Shown here in pieces: positions 19,827 to 29,167 of a stretch of DNA of 51,591 nt (its first letter is position 1; each line of letters begins with the position of its first letter). Below the pieces are notes generated by a model. That model saw only the letters and a list, made by a program, of their open reading frames with translations, was not told where the DNA came from and did not search any database. The stretch is taken from positions 1-51,591 of the IMG/VR virus record IMGVR_UViG_3300031951_000234; one strand, given 5' to 3'. Both the position numbers and the translations under genes were made by a program. This DNA is from a virus. Taxonomy: Duplodnaviria; Caudoviricetes.

Positions 19827-20225
19827 ATGGCAATCGCAATCCTCAACTCGCTCGGCCAAGTGGTGACGTTCGTGCGAGACGACGTTCCCGAAACGTGGGC
19901 TCCTCCCGAAGGATGCACGGCCGTCCCTGAATCGGAACTCCCCGACGGCTGGGTGCGTGCGCCCGAGGAGCCGACGCCCGTGCCTGCGTCGGTCACGGCA
20001 AGGCAGATTCGTCTCTGGCTGGTCGCCCACGGCGTGTTGCTGGCGGCCGTCGAATCCGCCATCGACGCGATCCCCGACCAACGGACGCGGGACATGGTTC
20101 GCGTCGAGTGGGAGTACGCCCCCTACGTCGAACGCTCGCACCCAATGCTGGTGCCGCTTGCTGCGGCCCTCGACATGGACGAAGCGGCAATCGATCAAGC
20201 GTTCCGCGAGGCGGCAAGCCTGTAG
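19827..20225 (+). CDS. Tail-fibre-associated chaperone-like protein
   Basis: VP.SVT.RQ.RLWL, VEWEYA..VER.HP....LA..L......D..F..A family after fibre genes. Confidence 0.65.
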   Translation: MAIAILNSLGQVVTFVRDDVPETWAPPEGCTAVPESELPDGWVRAPEEPTPVPASVTARQIRLWLVAHGVLLAAVESAIDAIPDQRTRDMVRVEWEYAPYVERSHPMLVPLAAALDMDEAAIDQAFREAASL

Positions 20226-20227
20226 GG

Positions 20228-21085
20228 CTACCCCACCTTCGGAATGACATCCGGCGCCGCCTTCCCCTTGACCACGCGCGGGTCGAGGTAGCATCGCGTC
20301 GTCTGCGGGCTGGCGTGATCGAGGAGCCGCTGTGCCGACCCGCCTCCGGCCTCGTAGTATGAGGCGGTTGTTTTTCGGATCTTGTGGAACTTGTCCTTCC
20401 TCCCGGCGGGCAGCCCGGCACGCTTCAGGATGATCTCCAGCCGCTTCCAGAGGTATGAGCGGCCTCTGGGCCACGGGAAGACGAGGTCGTCAGGCCCGCG
20501 GTCGCCGCGGATGGCCGCAAGCGCCGCGGCCGTCGTCTCGCTGATCTCGCGGTATACGTCGGCTCGACGACCCTTGCGATCCTCGGCGATGAACAACACA
20601 GCGCCGCCCTTCACGGCCCGCCACCTGATGCTGACCATGGCAGTGCATCGCTCGCCAGTGTCGTAGGCGAGAAGCAGCAATGCCCGCCACCACAGGCCAC
20701 CCGGGATGCCGTCGAGCATCGTCTTCTCCTCCCCGGCCGTGACTAGGAGACGCTGAAACTCTTCAGTCAGCCAGCACTCCGGCACACGGCGGGGAACGCG
20801 AATCAACGGGATCGCCGGCCAAGTGTCCACCAGTTTCCGGCGAGCGGCGAACTCCCACAGCGCACGCAGTTGGCTGCGGTCTTTCGCCGCGGTCGCCGCA
20901 GCCCGCTGCCTGACGCGATGCGCCAGGAAGCGGGCCACGGTCACCTCCTCCAGATCGTCAAGAGTCGGCGGTCTGCCGAGGTACTTGGCGAACGGATTGA
21001 TCGTCATCTGGTAGATCGACCGCGTCCTATCACTCACGCCCTTCAACGGCGCGTACACGTCGTCAAGAAACTGTTGCAGTGTCAT
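20228..21085 (-). CDS. Tyrosine recombinase / integrase
   Basis: SAM-like N-domain; catalytic R (TGER), K (RKG), HxxR (HKIR), H (LDH), Y (TRCY). Confidence 0.9.
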   Translation of the reverse strand: MTLQQFLDDVYAPLKGVSDRTRSIYQMTINPFAKYLGRPPTLDDLEEVTVARFLAHRVRQRAAATAAKDRSQLRALWEFAARRKLVDTWPAIPLIRVPRRVPECWLTEEFQRLLVTAGEEKTMLDGIPGGLWWRALLLLAYDTGERCTAMVSIRWRAVKGGAVLFIAEDRKGRRADVYREISETTAAALAAIRGDRGPDDLVFPWPRGRSYLWKRLEIILKRAGLPAGRKDKFHKIRKTTASYYEAGGGSAQRLLDHASPQTTRCYLDPRVVKGKAAPDVIPKVG

Positions 21086-21122
21086 GGTGGCAAACCCCCA
21101 ACAAGGTGCCACCTCCATGCGT

Positions 21123-21326
21123 CTACGACACCCCCACGTCATGTGGCGGGCGACAAAAAATGTTCGTAATCCGACAGCGTGGATAGGTCATTCTGAACTT
21201 AGCGACCCAGATGGCGCGGGCCATCCTCTCTGCCTCCTTGGCAGACCTCGCCTGCACCACAAACTCGTCAGTGTCCTCCACGTCTCCGTCAATCCAATCA
21301 ATCAACGCGACCCATACCATCGTCAT
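21123..21326 (-). CDS. Hypothetical protein upstream of the integrase
   Basis: RBS AAGGAGG before ATG; 67 aa. Confidence 0.55.
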   Translation of the reverse strand: MTMVWVALIDWIDGDVEDTDEFVVQARSAKEAERMARAIWVAKFRMTYPRCRITNIFCRPPHDVGVS

Positions 21327-21360
21327 GCCTCCTTGCGGGTTATTCCGTCAGAGGCATTCA

Positions 21361-21389
21361 ACTGTTGCCGCCTCCACTCGAATTGTCAA
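21361..21389 (-). promoter_or_regulatory. Putative sigma70 promoter for the integrase operon
   Basis: TTGACA-17-AACAGT on minus strand. Confidence 0.45.
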
Positions 21390-21446
21390 CTTCGGCAGAA
21401 AAGCCAATGATTTACGGGCGTGACACTTACCCCGGAGAGGCAAACT

Positions 21447-21986
21447 ATGCGGCCCTATGCGATCGGCTCCTTTGAGGCGGCAGCCCTCATGGGAGTTCAC
21501 TACACGCAGCCCAGAAAAATGGTGGAAAAGGGGCTGCTGTCGGCCCACATCATCGTCGAGAGTGCCTACACCGACGCCCCGACCAGAAACTACGCGATCT
21601 ACAGCGCCCAGGAGTGCGAGGCGAACTGGGCCGAGTACGACGAAAAGTATCGGGCCAGCGGCGGCAAGACGGAGCGGCGGCCGAGGTCAAACCTCGAACA
21701 TCGGCCCGAGGCGCTGCGGCGGCTCAAGGACATCAAGAAGCACATCGACTTCGACGACGCGATCGGCCTGGGCGAGGCGGCCAAGGTGCTGGGCGTTCAC
21801 GCCTCCTTCGTCCCCCGCCTCATCTCATCAGGCTCGATCATGGGGCGAGTGGCGTGGAACCCTCGGGGCGCCACCAGTCGCGTCTACATCGTCTCGCGGC
21901 GTTCCTGCCAGCAGAACGTCAAGGCGATTCGGGCCGCCGAGGCCGCCGGAACGAAGAAGGGACGGCCGCGGAAAAAAGTCTCTTGA
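21447..21986 (+). CDS. Tandem excisionase/MerR-type HTH DNA-binding protein with C-terminal AT-hook-like motif
   Basis: Two EAA..(M/L)GVH..P repeats; KKGRPRKK tail; divergent from integrase. Confidence 0.7.
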   Translation: MRPYAIGSFEAAALMGVHYTQPRKMVEKGLLSAHIIVESAYTDAPTRNYAIYSAQECEANWAEYDEKYRASGGKTERRPRSNLEHRPEALRRLKDIKKHIDFDDAIGLGEAAKVLGVHASFVPRLISSGSIMGRVAWNPRGATSRVYIVSRRSCQQNVKAIRAAEAAGTKKGRPRKKVS

Positions 21987-22012
21987 CCTGTAGCCAAGGC
22001 GTCCGATAGATT
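21983..22012 (+). promoter_or_regulatory. Putative sigma70 promoter for the replication operon
   Basis: TTGACC-18-TAGATT then RBS AAGGAGG. Confidence 0.5.
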
Positions 22013-22036
22013 CTCCGGCCGTCAAGGAGGATCGCC

Positions 22037-23428
22037 GTGGCGCTGTGGAAGCATCAGGAGGAGGCCGTGACGTGGGCGTTCCCGCGGCGGCGGACGATCC
22101 TCAACCACGGCATGGGCAGCGGGAAAACCCGCACGACCATCGAGGTCTTGCTCCGCGACCTGGCGGCCGACGGCACGCTCAAGGCTCTCGTCTGCTGCCC
22201 GAAGGCCGTGATAGCGGCCTGGGTGAAACAGGTCGGACTCTGGTGTCCACACGTTCGCGTCGTGCCGCTCGACAAGGGTACGTCCGCGGCCAAGGAAAAG
22301 GCGCTGCTGGCCGCCCTGGCAGACACCTCTCCCCTGCTGGTCGTGTGCAACTACGAGAGCGTGTGGCGGATCAAGGCGGTCGAGAAGACCAAGTGGACGG
22401 CCCTTGTCTGGGACGAGATTCACCGGCTCAAGTCGCCCTCCGGCGTGACCAGCCGCTGGGCCGGCAGGATGGCGAAGGCAAACCCACAGGCCCGCAAACT
22501 CGGCCTGACCGGCACCCTGATCCCGCACAGCGTGCTCGACGCCTGGGCGATCTACCGGGCGATCGAGGCACCTGACTGCCCGACCTTCGGCACGTCGTTC
22601 ACGATCCACAAGGCCACCTACGCCGTCATCGCCGCCGGACAGAACTGGGTCGTAGGGTATCGCAATCTCCCGCAAGCCCACGCAAAGATCGCCGCCACAA
22701 CGCACCGCGTGGAGTCCAAGGACGTTCTCGACCTCCCCCCGATCTCCTACGACGACGTGGCCTGCGAACTGTCCCCGGCAGAGGCGAGGCTGTACCGCGA
22801 GGTGGAAAACGAGTTCTGCGCGGTTTGCGAATCCGGCGTCGTGACGGTCGCCAATGCCCTGGTGCAACTCCTGCGGCTCCAGCAGATATGCGGCGGCTAC
22901 GTCCGCTTCGACGACGACGACGTGTCGCAACTCATCGCCGACAATCCCGCCAAGGCCGCGGTGCTGCGTGATATGCTGGAGGATCTCCCTTCAGACGAGC
23001 CGGTCGTCATCTTCGCCCGGTTCACCTCCGACATCGCCGCTGTGCTCGAAGTCTGCCGCAAACTTGACCGCCCAGCCAGCGAACTGTCGGGGAAGAAAAA
23101 CCAGTTGGCCGATTGGCAGCAAGGCACTACAACTGTGCTCGTCAGTCAGATCCAGTCGGGCGGCATCGGCGTCGATATGACGCGCGCTTCATACTGCTGG
23201 TTCTACAGCCTCGGCTACAGCCTCGCCGAGTACGAGCAGGCCGTCGCCCGGCTGCACCGCCCTGGTCAGGCGAAGCACACGCACATCTATCACCTTACCG
23301 CCACGATCAACGGCCGCTCCACGGTGGACGGCCGGGTTCACAAGGCCATCAGGGAACGAAAGGAAGTCGTCGATGAACTCCTCGTTGGATACAAGCAACG
23401 CCTCAACGCTCGGCCCGCTTCTCGGTGA
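22037..23428 (+). CDS. SNF2-family (SF2) helicase
   Basis: GMGSGKT, DEIH, LTGT, GIGVDM, QAVARLHRPGQ. Confidence 0.92.
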   Translation: MALWKHQEEAVTWAFPRRRTILNHGMGSGKTRTTIEVLLRDLAADGTLKALVCCPKAVIAAWVKQVGLWCPHVRVVPLDKGTSAAKEKALLAALADTSPLLVVCNYESVWRIKAVEKTKWTALVWDEIHRLKSPSGVTSRWAGRMAKANPQARKLGLTGTLIPHSVLDAWAIYRAIEAPDCPTFGTSFTIHKATYAVIAAGQNWVVGYRNLPQAHAKIAATTHRVESKDVLDLPPISYDDVACELSPAEARLYREVENEFCAVCESGVVTVANALVQLLRLQQICGGYVRFDDDDVSQLIADNPAKAAVLRDMLEDLPSDEPVVIFARFTSDIAAVLEVCRKLDRPASELSGKKNQLADWQQGTTTVLVSQIQSGGIGVDMTRASYCWFYSLGYSLAEYEQAVARLHRPGQAKHTHIYHLTATINGRSTVDGRVHKAIRERKEVVDELLVGYKQRLNARPASR

Positions 23429-23822
23429 GATCACCGAGATCGACACGAAGGTCAAGGCGCTGGAGGCCGAGATCAAGGACTTGGGCAAGCGACGGGATGC
23501 GCTGGCCGCGCTGGCCGTCGAGGAGATGGCGGCAGGACGCCTGGACGGAGTTCGGGCTGCGGGACGGAGTTGGCGAATCGAGTGGGAGCACTCGGTATCC
23601 GCCACGGCGAGCAGTACGGATGCGGTGCTCGCCGCTGCACGAACCGTCGGCAAGGGGGACACCTTGCTGTCGGTCAACACCTCCAGGCTCAAGAGCCTGC
23701 TGAAGGAGTTGGCAACGGAGGCGGGCAGGGACGCCCGCCAGCCGTGGGCCGAAGGCACGCCGTTCGCGGGCCTCGTCAGCGAGTACGTCCGGCCGGTGCT
23801 GCGGCACCTGACGGTCGGGTGA
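23373..23822 (+). CDS. Coiled-coil hypothetical protein in recombination module
   Basis: N-terminal heptad pattern; lies between helicase and SSB-like gene. Confidence 0.55.
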   Translation: MNSSLDTSNASTLGPLLGEITEIDTKVKALEAEIKDLGKRRDALAALAVEEMAAGRLDGVRAAGRSWRIEWEHSVSATASSTDAVLAAARTVGKGDTLLSVNTSRLKSLLKELATEAGRDARQPWAEGTPFAGLVSEYVRPVLRHLTVG

Positions 23823-23889
23823 GAAGCGTGGCCGTCCGGCGTGTTGCCGGCGGCCGGTTGATGGATCGGTTCCGCTCAAGGAGAAAGCC

Positions 23890-24672
23890 ATGAGCACTGC
23901 GATTAGCACGAATGTGAAGACGATCGACTACCCGGCCCTCGCGCCGAACAGTCGGCAGGCCCAGATCATCGCCGCCAACCTCGAAGGCGAGCCGATGACG
24001 GAGCAGGACTTGATCCGCGTCCCGACGCCGGCCGGCGGCGCGACGACGTGGCAGATCGACGCCAACGGCAACACCGAGAGCACCGACGAGATCGTCGGCC
24101 TCTTGGTCGCCATCGGCAAGCGTGGCGTGCTGTGGCCGAAGGACGACCCGTCGGACATGCGCCCGGTGCTGGTGAGCAACGATCTGCTCATCGGCTACCG
24201 GACGAGCGACGACGTGGCCCTCGGGGATATCTCGCCGGCCGCCCTGGAGAAGTACCGTATCGGCGACCGCCGCTACGACTGGGCGGCATTGTCTACCAGC
24301 CCCGAGTTCGGCTACGGGGCCGGCAAGGGAGCCGGGAAGAAGGTCAAGGAGTCCCGCGTCCTCGCCATCCTCCGCGAGGGCGAGACGTGGCCGATCCTCG
24401 TCAGCGTCGGGCCTGGAAGTCTGCGGAACTGGCTGCCGTTTCAGAAGCGGCTGCCGTCGTTCCCGTGGGAGTGCGTGGTCGGCCTGAAGTTGACGAAGGT
24501 CAAGAGCACGGGCGGCCAGCCGTACTCCCAGATCGTGCCGCGGCTCGTCGGCGTGATCAGCGAGGAGCAGGGCAACGTCTCCAAGCGGGTCTACCACGAC
24601 TCGCTGACGGCGATGTTCAACGCCCCGCCGGCCGGCGCGGTCGTCACCCGCGGCGGCGACGACGAGGAGTGA
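23890..24672 (+). CDS. Putative ssDNA-binding / annealing protein
   Basis: RBS AAGGAG; acidic C-terminal tail (GDDEE); replication-module position. Confidence 0.5.
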   Translation: MSTAISTNVKTIDYPALAPNSRQAQIIAANLEGEPMTEQDLIRVPTPAGGATTWQIDANGNTESTDEIVGLLVAIGKRGVLWPKDDPSDMRPVLVSNDLLIGYRTSDDVALGDISPAALEKYRIGDRRYDWAALSTSPEFGYGAGKGAGKKVKESRVLAILREGETWPILVSVGPGSLRNWLPFQKRLPSFPWECVVGLKLTKVKSTGGQPYSQIVPRLVGVISEEQGNVSKRVYHDSLTAMFNAPPAGAVVTRGGDDEE

Positions 24673-24805
24673 TCCAAGTGCCGGGCCGGCGGCCACACTC
24701 CGCACAGGAGCCGGTCGCCCAGCCGGTGCGTGGCGCGTAACGACCGGAAGTCTGTCCGACCCTCTGCTGTTTCTCCCTTTCCCAGCATGGCGGCGGGCGT
24801 GAACA

Positions 24806-24847
24806 CCCCGCCGGGCCGAGCGCGAGCCGGCCCGGCGGGGGTTCTTT
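24806..24847 (+). terminator. Intrinsic terminator-like hairpin
   Basis: 13-bp perfect GC stem CCCCGCCGGGCCG/CGGCCCGGCGGGG followed by GTTCTTT. Confidence 0.6.
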
Positions 24848-24869
24848 AACACAGGCATGGAGGTGAGCG

Positions 24870-25595
24870 GTGGGCGGATCAATTGCACTCGGCGACAGGC
24901 ATACGGCGCTTCGCGAAGAGGGCGTGCGGTTCGCAAAGCAACTCATGCAGGATGACTCCATCGATGTCCTTGAGTCGCTGCTGACGCACCTCCGCAGGTT
25001 TAACGAGGAGAATTGCAGCCAGCCCAAGAGCGTCGGCGACATCTACGAGATCGCCTACCAGTGCATGAAGGAGGCCGCGAAGGCAGTCGGCGACGAGTCG
25101 TCTGTGAAGAGGAAGGTTCTCGACAGGCTCTCGCGGTACTTCCACATACACGAAGAGGTATCTGGGACGCACTGGAGCGGCAAAAGGATGAGGATCGACG
25201 CGATCATCACGCCGATCGACGACTCTGGCTGGAAGACGAAGTCGCCCAAGTTGGGCATCGAGTTCAAGAACTTCAACGGATTCAATCCGAGCGTGGACAT
25301 CAAGGACTACACGAAGTGGTGGGCGCAGTGCCACGACTACGCGGAGACGAACTTCGACGGCCACGGGTACGTTCAGGTGTTCTCATACAACGGCTTCTCG
25401 CACTACAGGCAGCGAGCGTCGAGCGAAAACGTAGCAGCGTTTGCCGTCCGCTTCTGGGGGCGTCTCGGAGTCGGCGAGATACAGCCAGACGAACTGCTGT
25501 TCGTGATGAACGGCACAAACAAAATCTGGAGCGAGCGGCGCGGCGTCATCGACGGCGCGAGGATTGCGATGGATCGAAAGTTTGGTAGTCGCTAG
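24870..25595 (+). CDS. PriCT-1-like domain fused to a PD-(D/E)XK nuclease-like domain
   Basis: N-term GDRHTAL..N...CSQP....I..IA; C-term RIDAIITP...GIEFK. Confidence 0.55.
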   Translation: MGGSIALGDRHTALREEGVRFAKQLMQDDSIDVLESLLTHLRRFNEENCSQPKSVGDIYEIAYQCMKEAAKAVGDESSVKRKVLDRLSRYFHIHEEVSGTHWSGKRMRIDAIITPIDDSGWKTKSPKLGIEFKNFNGFNPSVDIKDYTKWWAQCHDYAETNFDGHGYVQVFSYNGFSHYRQRASSENVAAFAVRFWGRLGVGEIQPDELLFVMNGTNKIWSERRGVIDGARIAMDRKFGSR

Positions 25596-25608
25596 ACGGA
25601 GTTAGCAC

Positions 25609-27405
25609 ATGGCATTCGAGTTTGACTTCAACGAGACGTTCAAGTGGTGCGCGTTGTACCTGTCCAAGGGGCTGCGGATCATCCGCCTCCACGGCATCTA
25701 CCCTGACGGTCGCTGCACCTGCGACGAGCCGGAGTGCGCCGTCGGGCGCTCGAAGGAGCGGAGTTGCGGCAAGCACCCCGTAGGCCGGGCGTGGGGCGAA
25801 GCCTACGCCCGCGACGAGGATGACCTGCTGGCCTGGGACGACGGCGTGCCGTTCAACGTCGGCGTCGTCCTCGGGCCTGAAGGCGGTTTCATCGACTGCG
25901 AGGACGACACGCCGGAGGGCAAGGCATTCCGCGAGTCGCTGGGGTTGAGCGACCTCGCCACTCCGTCGTGGACGAGTGGCCGCTCGACGCACCAACTGAT
26001 GCTGTTTGACGACGCCGTCTCGAACATCTCCAAGGCCGAACCGGGCGGCCTGGAGTGCCGCGTCGGTGGCGGCGGATCGCAGATTCAGAGCGTGCTGCCT
26101 CCGTCGTGGCACTACTCCGGCGTCCGCTACGAGTGGAAGCCTGGGCTGTCCATTGACGACGTTGCCCCGGTGAAGCCACCAAAGAACCTTCTGTTGCAGA
26201 TCGTCAACTACACCAGCGGCAAGTCGGCGGCCGGCGGCTCGACGTATCAGGGGCCGCTTGTGTTTCGCAAGGTCAAGGACGGAGAGGGGCGGCATCGCGC
26301 CCTCCTGCTCTGGTCGTGGCACAAGATTGTCCGCACCATCGACCCGCTGGATTCCGAGCAGCGGGCGGTGATCACGAAGGAGATTCAGGACGCCAACGAG
26401 AAGTACATCGACCCGGCCAAGTCGCCGTCCGAGGTGCTGTCGGTCGTCAACTCATGCTTCGAGCACTACCGGCGGAAGTTGGAGAGCGGCTGGTCGGCGA
26501 CCGGCAAGGACTTGACCGAGAAGGCGGTGACGCAGGAGGCCCAGGAGGCTGGCCGCGGCAAGGCGCCGCCGCCGGTCGGCGGCCTGGAGTCGCACGGCCT
26601 GGAGCGGTATCAGGTCGGCGAGGTGCAGGGCTACCGGCCGGGGAACTGGTCGATCCAGATGGTGCAGGGCGACCCACCGGAGGTCGTGCTCGTCGTGCCG
26701 GCGTGGAAGTCAACGCCGTGCAAGGGTCGCATCCATATGTCGTTCGACACCTTCCGGTCGGCGGCGAAGGTGGCGAGCACCGTGTTCCTCGCCACCCGCC
26801 GGGTGATCCTCGACGGCGACAGCGGCAAGTGGGTGTCGGTGTGGAAGGGAACCGACGCCAGCAAGAGGACGGGCGGCCAAAGCATCCCCGGCCTCATGGA
26901 GCAACTCGTCCAGCGGATGAACGCGCAGGACGAGATTCAGGTCGGCACCTCCAGCCTCCGGTACGCCCAGTTGGCCGGCTACGTCCTTCAGGTGCTCAAA
27001 AAGGCAACGAAGCCCAAGGACGAGGACAAGCCGGAGCCGAACGAGTCCGGCCGCCCCTGCTGGGTGACGCCCGACGAGTTGTGGCTCCAGTGGGGGAAGA
27101 TTTGGGAGGACATCGCCCGGACGCACCCCGACGTGGCCTCCGGCGAACGCCTGCGGGTCAGGGCGAGGCTGCTGGACGCCGTCGGGCAGCAGGACTTCGA
27201 CCACAAGCGGCACCGCTTCCAGACCGGCCGGATGGAGTACGTCGTCTTCACGAAGCCGTGGATCGACGCCCTGGAGCGGCTGGCGGCGGGCGAGGACGGC
27301 GATCAGCAAGGGAAGGCAGATTCCGACTCGGATTTTTTGAAAATCGAGTCGATGCGGAGCGTCACGCCGTCACTCGACGTAAGTCCAATGCTGACAGGCA
27401 CTTAG
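25609..27405 (+). CDS. Bifunctional primase-polymerase (Prim-Pol, AEP) with PriCT-1 domain
   Basis: CTC...C..GKHP, NVGVVLG...IDCED, SGRSTH, VLPPSWHYSG.RYEW; GEGRHRAL..ANEKY.DPA. Confidence 0.85.
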   Translation: MAFEFDFNETFKWCALYLSKGLRIIRLHGIYPDGRCTCDEPECAVGRSKERSCGKHPVGRAWGEAYARDEDDLLAWDDGVPFNVGVVLGPEGGFIDCEDDTPEGKAFRESLGLSDLATPSWTSGRSTHQLMLFDDAVSNISKAEPGGLECRVGGGGSQIQSVLPPSWHYSGVRYEWKPGLSIDDVAPVKPPKNLLLQIVNYTSGKSAAGGSTYQGPLVFRKVKDGEGRHRALLLWSWHKIVRTIDPLDSEQRAVITKEIQDANEKYIDPAKSPSEVLSVVNSCFEHYRRKLESGWSATGKDLTEKAVTQEAQEAGRGKAPPPVGGLESHGLERYQVGEVQGYRPGNWSIQMVQGDPPEVVLVVPAWKSTPCKGRIHMSFDTFRSAAKVASTVFLATRRVILDGDSGKWVSVWKGTDASKRTGGQSIPGLMEQLVQRMNAQDEIQVGTSSLRYAQLAGYVLQVLKKATKPKDEDKPEPNESGRPCWVTPDELWLQWGKIWEDIARTHPDVASGERLRVRARLLDAVGQQDFDHKRHRFQTGRMEYVVFTKPWIDALERLAAGEDGDQQGKADSDSDFLKIESMRSVTPSLDVSPMLTGT

Positions 27406-27491
27406 AGTGGACGGCGTTTGCGAGGCAGCGCACCGTCCAAGCGTCTTGGCGTGCGTAAGTGCTTGAAATACAAGGGTTTAAGTGTGGACGG
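27378..27491. other. Candidate replication origin / protein-binding array
   Basis: Two CGTAAGT-N15-(AC/GT)TTA quasi-palindromes plus three TGGACGG boxes, AT-richer, between primase and helicase. Confidence 0.4.
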
Positions 27492-27514
27492 TAACTTTTT
27501 TGGGAGGATAGGCA

Positions 27515-29167
27515 ATGCAGGCAGCGCGGGCAATTGGCGGGGCCGGGACGGGCAAAACGACCATGATGATCGGCATCATGGAGAAGGCGATGGATCGCCC
27601 AGAGGTCGCAGGCAACCCATTTGCCCTAGGCTTCTCATCTTTCACCAGGGCGGCCCGAGCCGAGGCTTCCGGCCGGGCGGCGGCGGCGTGGAACGTCCCC
27701 CAGGCCGATCTGGAGCGGGCCGGCTGGTTCAGGACGGCCCACAGCGTTGCGTATCGCGTCCTAGGGCTGTCAAAGGGCGAGGTGCTGGGTGGAGGCAAGG
27801 AAGACGACAAGTGGGTGTCTGAAGCCCTTGGGAGCGACGTGCAGGCCACCTTCGACGAGGACGAGGGGGGCGTGGCGGTCTACACGGGCGACCCCGTGGC
27901 GGCGGCGGCCCTGAACTACTGGTCGGTCGCCAGGAGCATGGTCTTGCCGCTGCGACAGGTCGTAGAGGCGGATCAGTCGCCCGACGCCCCGTCGGCCGAC
28001 GAGGTTGTGAAGCGGATCGAGGCATACGAGACGGCCAAGCGGCTCGACGCCCGGCTCGACTTCACCGATATGCTCTCCCGGTTCGTGGGCGTGAAGCACG
28101 ACCCGGCGACCGGGCCGATCTTCGGCACGCCCGAGGGGCTGGTGCCGGACGGCGTCGTCGGCTGGATTTTCGACGAGGCGCAGGACGCCAGCCGCCTGCT
28201 CGACCTGGCCTGCCGGAGGCTGGTGACGGGGGAGTCGTGCAAGTGGGCATGGCTCGTAGGCGACCCATACCAAGTTCTGTACTCATGGGCTGGAGCCAGC
28301 AGCGAGTATTTCATGTCGTGGGAGGTGGCGAAGCAGTCGGTGATGCCGAAGTCCTACCGCTGCCCTGCCCCGATCCTGGCCCTCGGCGAGCGTTGCCTCC
28401 AGCGTCTCGGCGACGACTACTGGGATCGAGGCATCGCACCGGCCGATCACGACGGCGAGGTCATCGAGAGCGACAACTTCGAGGACGACCTGGCCGACAT
28501 CGACCCCCGGCAGGAGACGCTGGTCATCGCCAGGACGAACCGGAATGTCAGCAAGATCGCCGCGATCCTCGACGACGTTGGCATCCCGTTCCGCCGCGTG
28601 AAGGCCAAGCAGGGCGCCTACAACCGCGACATGGGCATGGCGGCCCTGTGGAAACTCCAGCACGGGCAGCCGGCGACCGCCGAGGAGTGGGGGAATGCGA
28701 TCGATATCCTACCCTCCAAGACTACGGACGGCCGGACGTGGCTTGTGCGCGGCTCAAAGTCGGCCTGGAACCGCAACCTCGCCAACCAGTACGACCTCCT
28801 CTTCCCCGAGGATCTCGGCGCCGTCGGCGCGACCGAAGACCTCCGCGGGGCGATTGCCACGGGCAAGTGGAGCGGCCTGCCAGACGGCGGGTCGAAGTGG
28901 TACGCAGCCGCGCAGCGGTACGGCATCGAGGTCGTCGCCAAGCCGAAGGTGCGGATCGGCACAATCCACTCGGTCAAAGGCCAAGAGGCCGACAACGTCG
29001 TCGTGCTGACGAGCCAGGGCCACCGCATCAGCCAGAGCGAACTGGACGACCCGGCGCGGTATGCCGAGGAGCGTCGAATCGAGTACGTCGCCGTGACGCG
29101 GGCCAGGCGGCGGCTCGTCATCGCCCACGACCCCCGCGAGAAGTACAGGATGGAATTCCCGCTATGA
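27515..29167 (+). CDS. UvrD/Rep-like SF1 helicase
   Basis: GGAGTGKT, DEAQD, GDPYQ, SYRC, TIHSVKGQEAD, YVAVTRA. Confidence 0.92.
   Translation: MQAARAIGGAGTGKTTMMIGIMEKAMDRPEVAGNPFALGFSSFTRAARAEASGRAAAAWNVPQADLERAGWFRTAHSVAYRVLGLSKGEVLGGGKEDDKWVSEALGSDVQATFDEDEGGVAVYTGDPVAAAALNYWSVARSMVLPLRQVVEADQSPDAPSADEVVKRIEAYETAKRLDARLDFTDMLSRFVGVKHDPATGPIFGTPEGLVPDGVVGWIFDEAQDASRLLDLACRRLVTGESCKWAWLVGDPYQVLYSWAGASSEYFMSWEVAKQSVMPKSYRCPAPILALGERCLQRLGDDYWDRGIAPADHDGEVIESDNFEDDLADIDPRQETLVIARTNRNVSKIAAILDDVGIPFRRVKAKQGAYNRDMGMAALWKLQHGQPATAEEWGNAIDILPSKTTDGRTWLVRGSKSAWNRNLANQYDLLFPEDLGAVGATEDLRGAIATGKWSGLPDGGSKWYAAAQRYGIEVVAKPKVRIGTIHSVKGQEADNVVVLTSQGHRISQSELDDPARYAEERRIEYVAVTRARRRLVIAHDPREKYRMEFPL

Noticed and set aside
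20228-21085. Tyrosine recombinase as the integron integrase (IntI) of the attC array
   Set aside because: Only ~30 aa between the catalytic K (RKG) and the LVFP patch, so the IntI-specific insertion is missing; it is also 15 kb from the array
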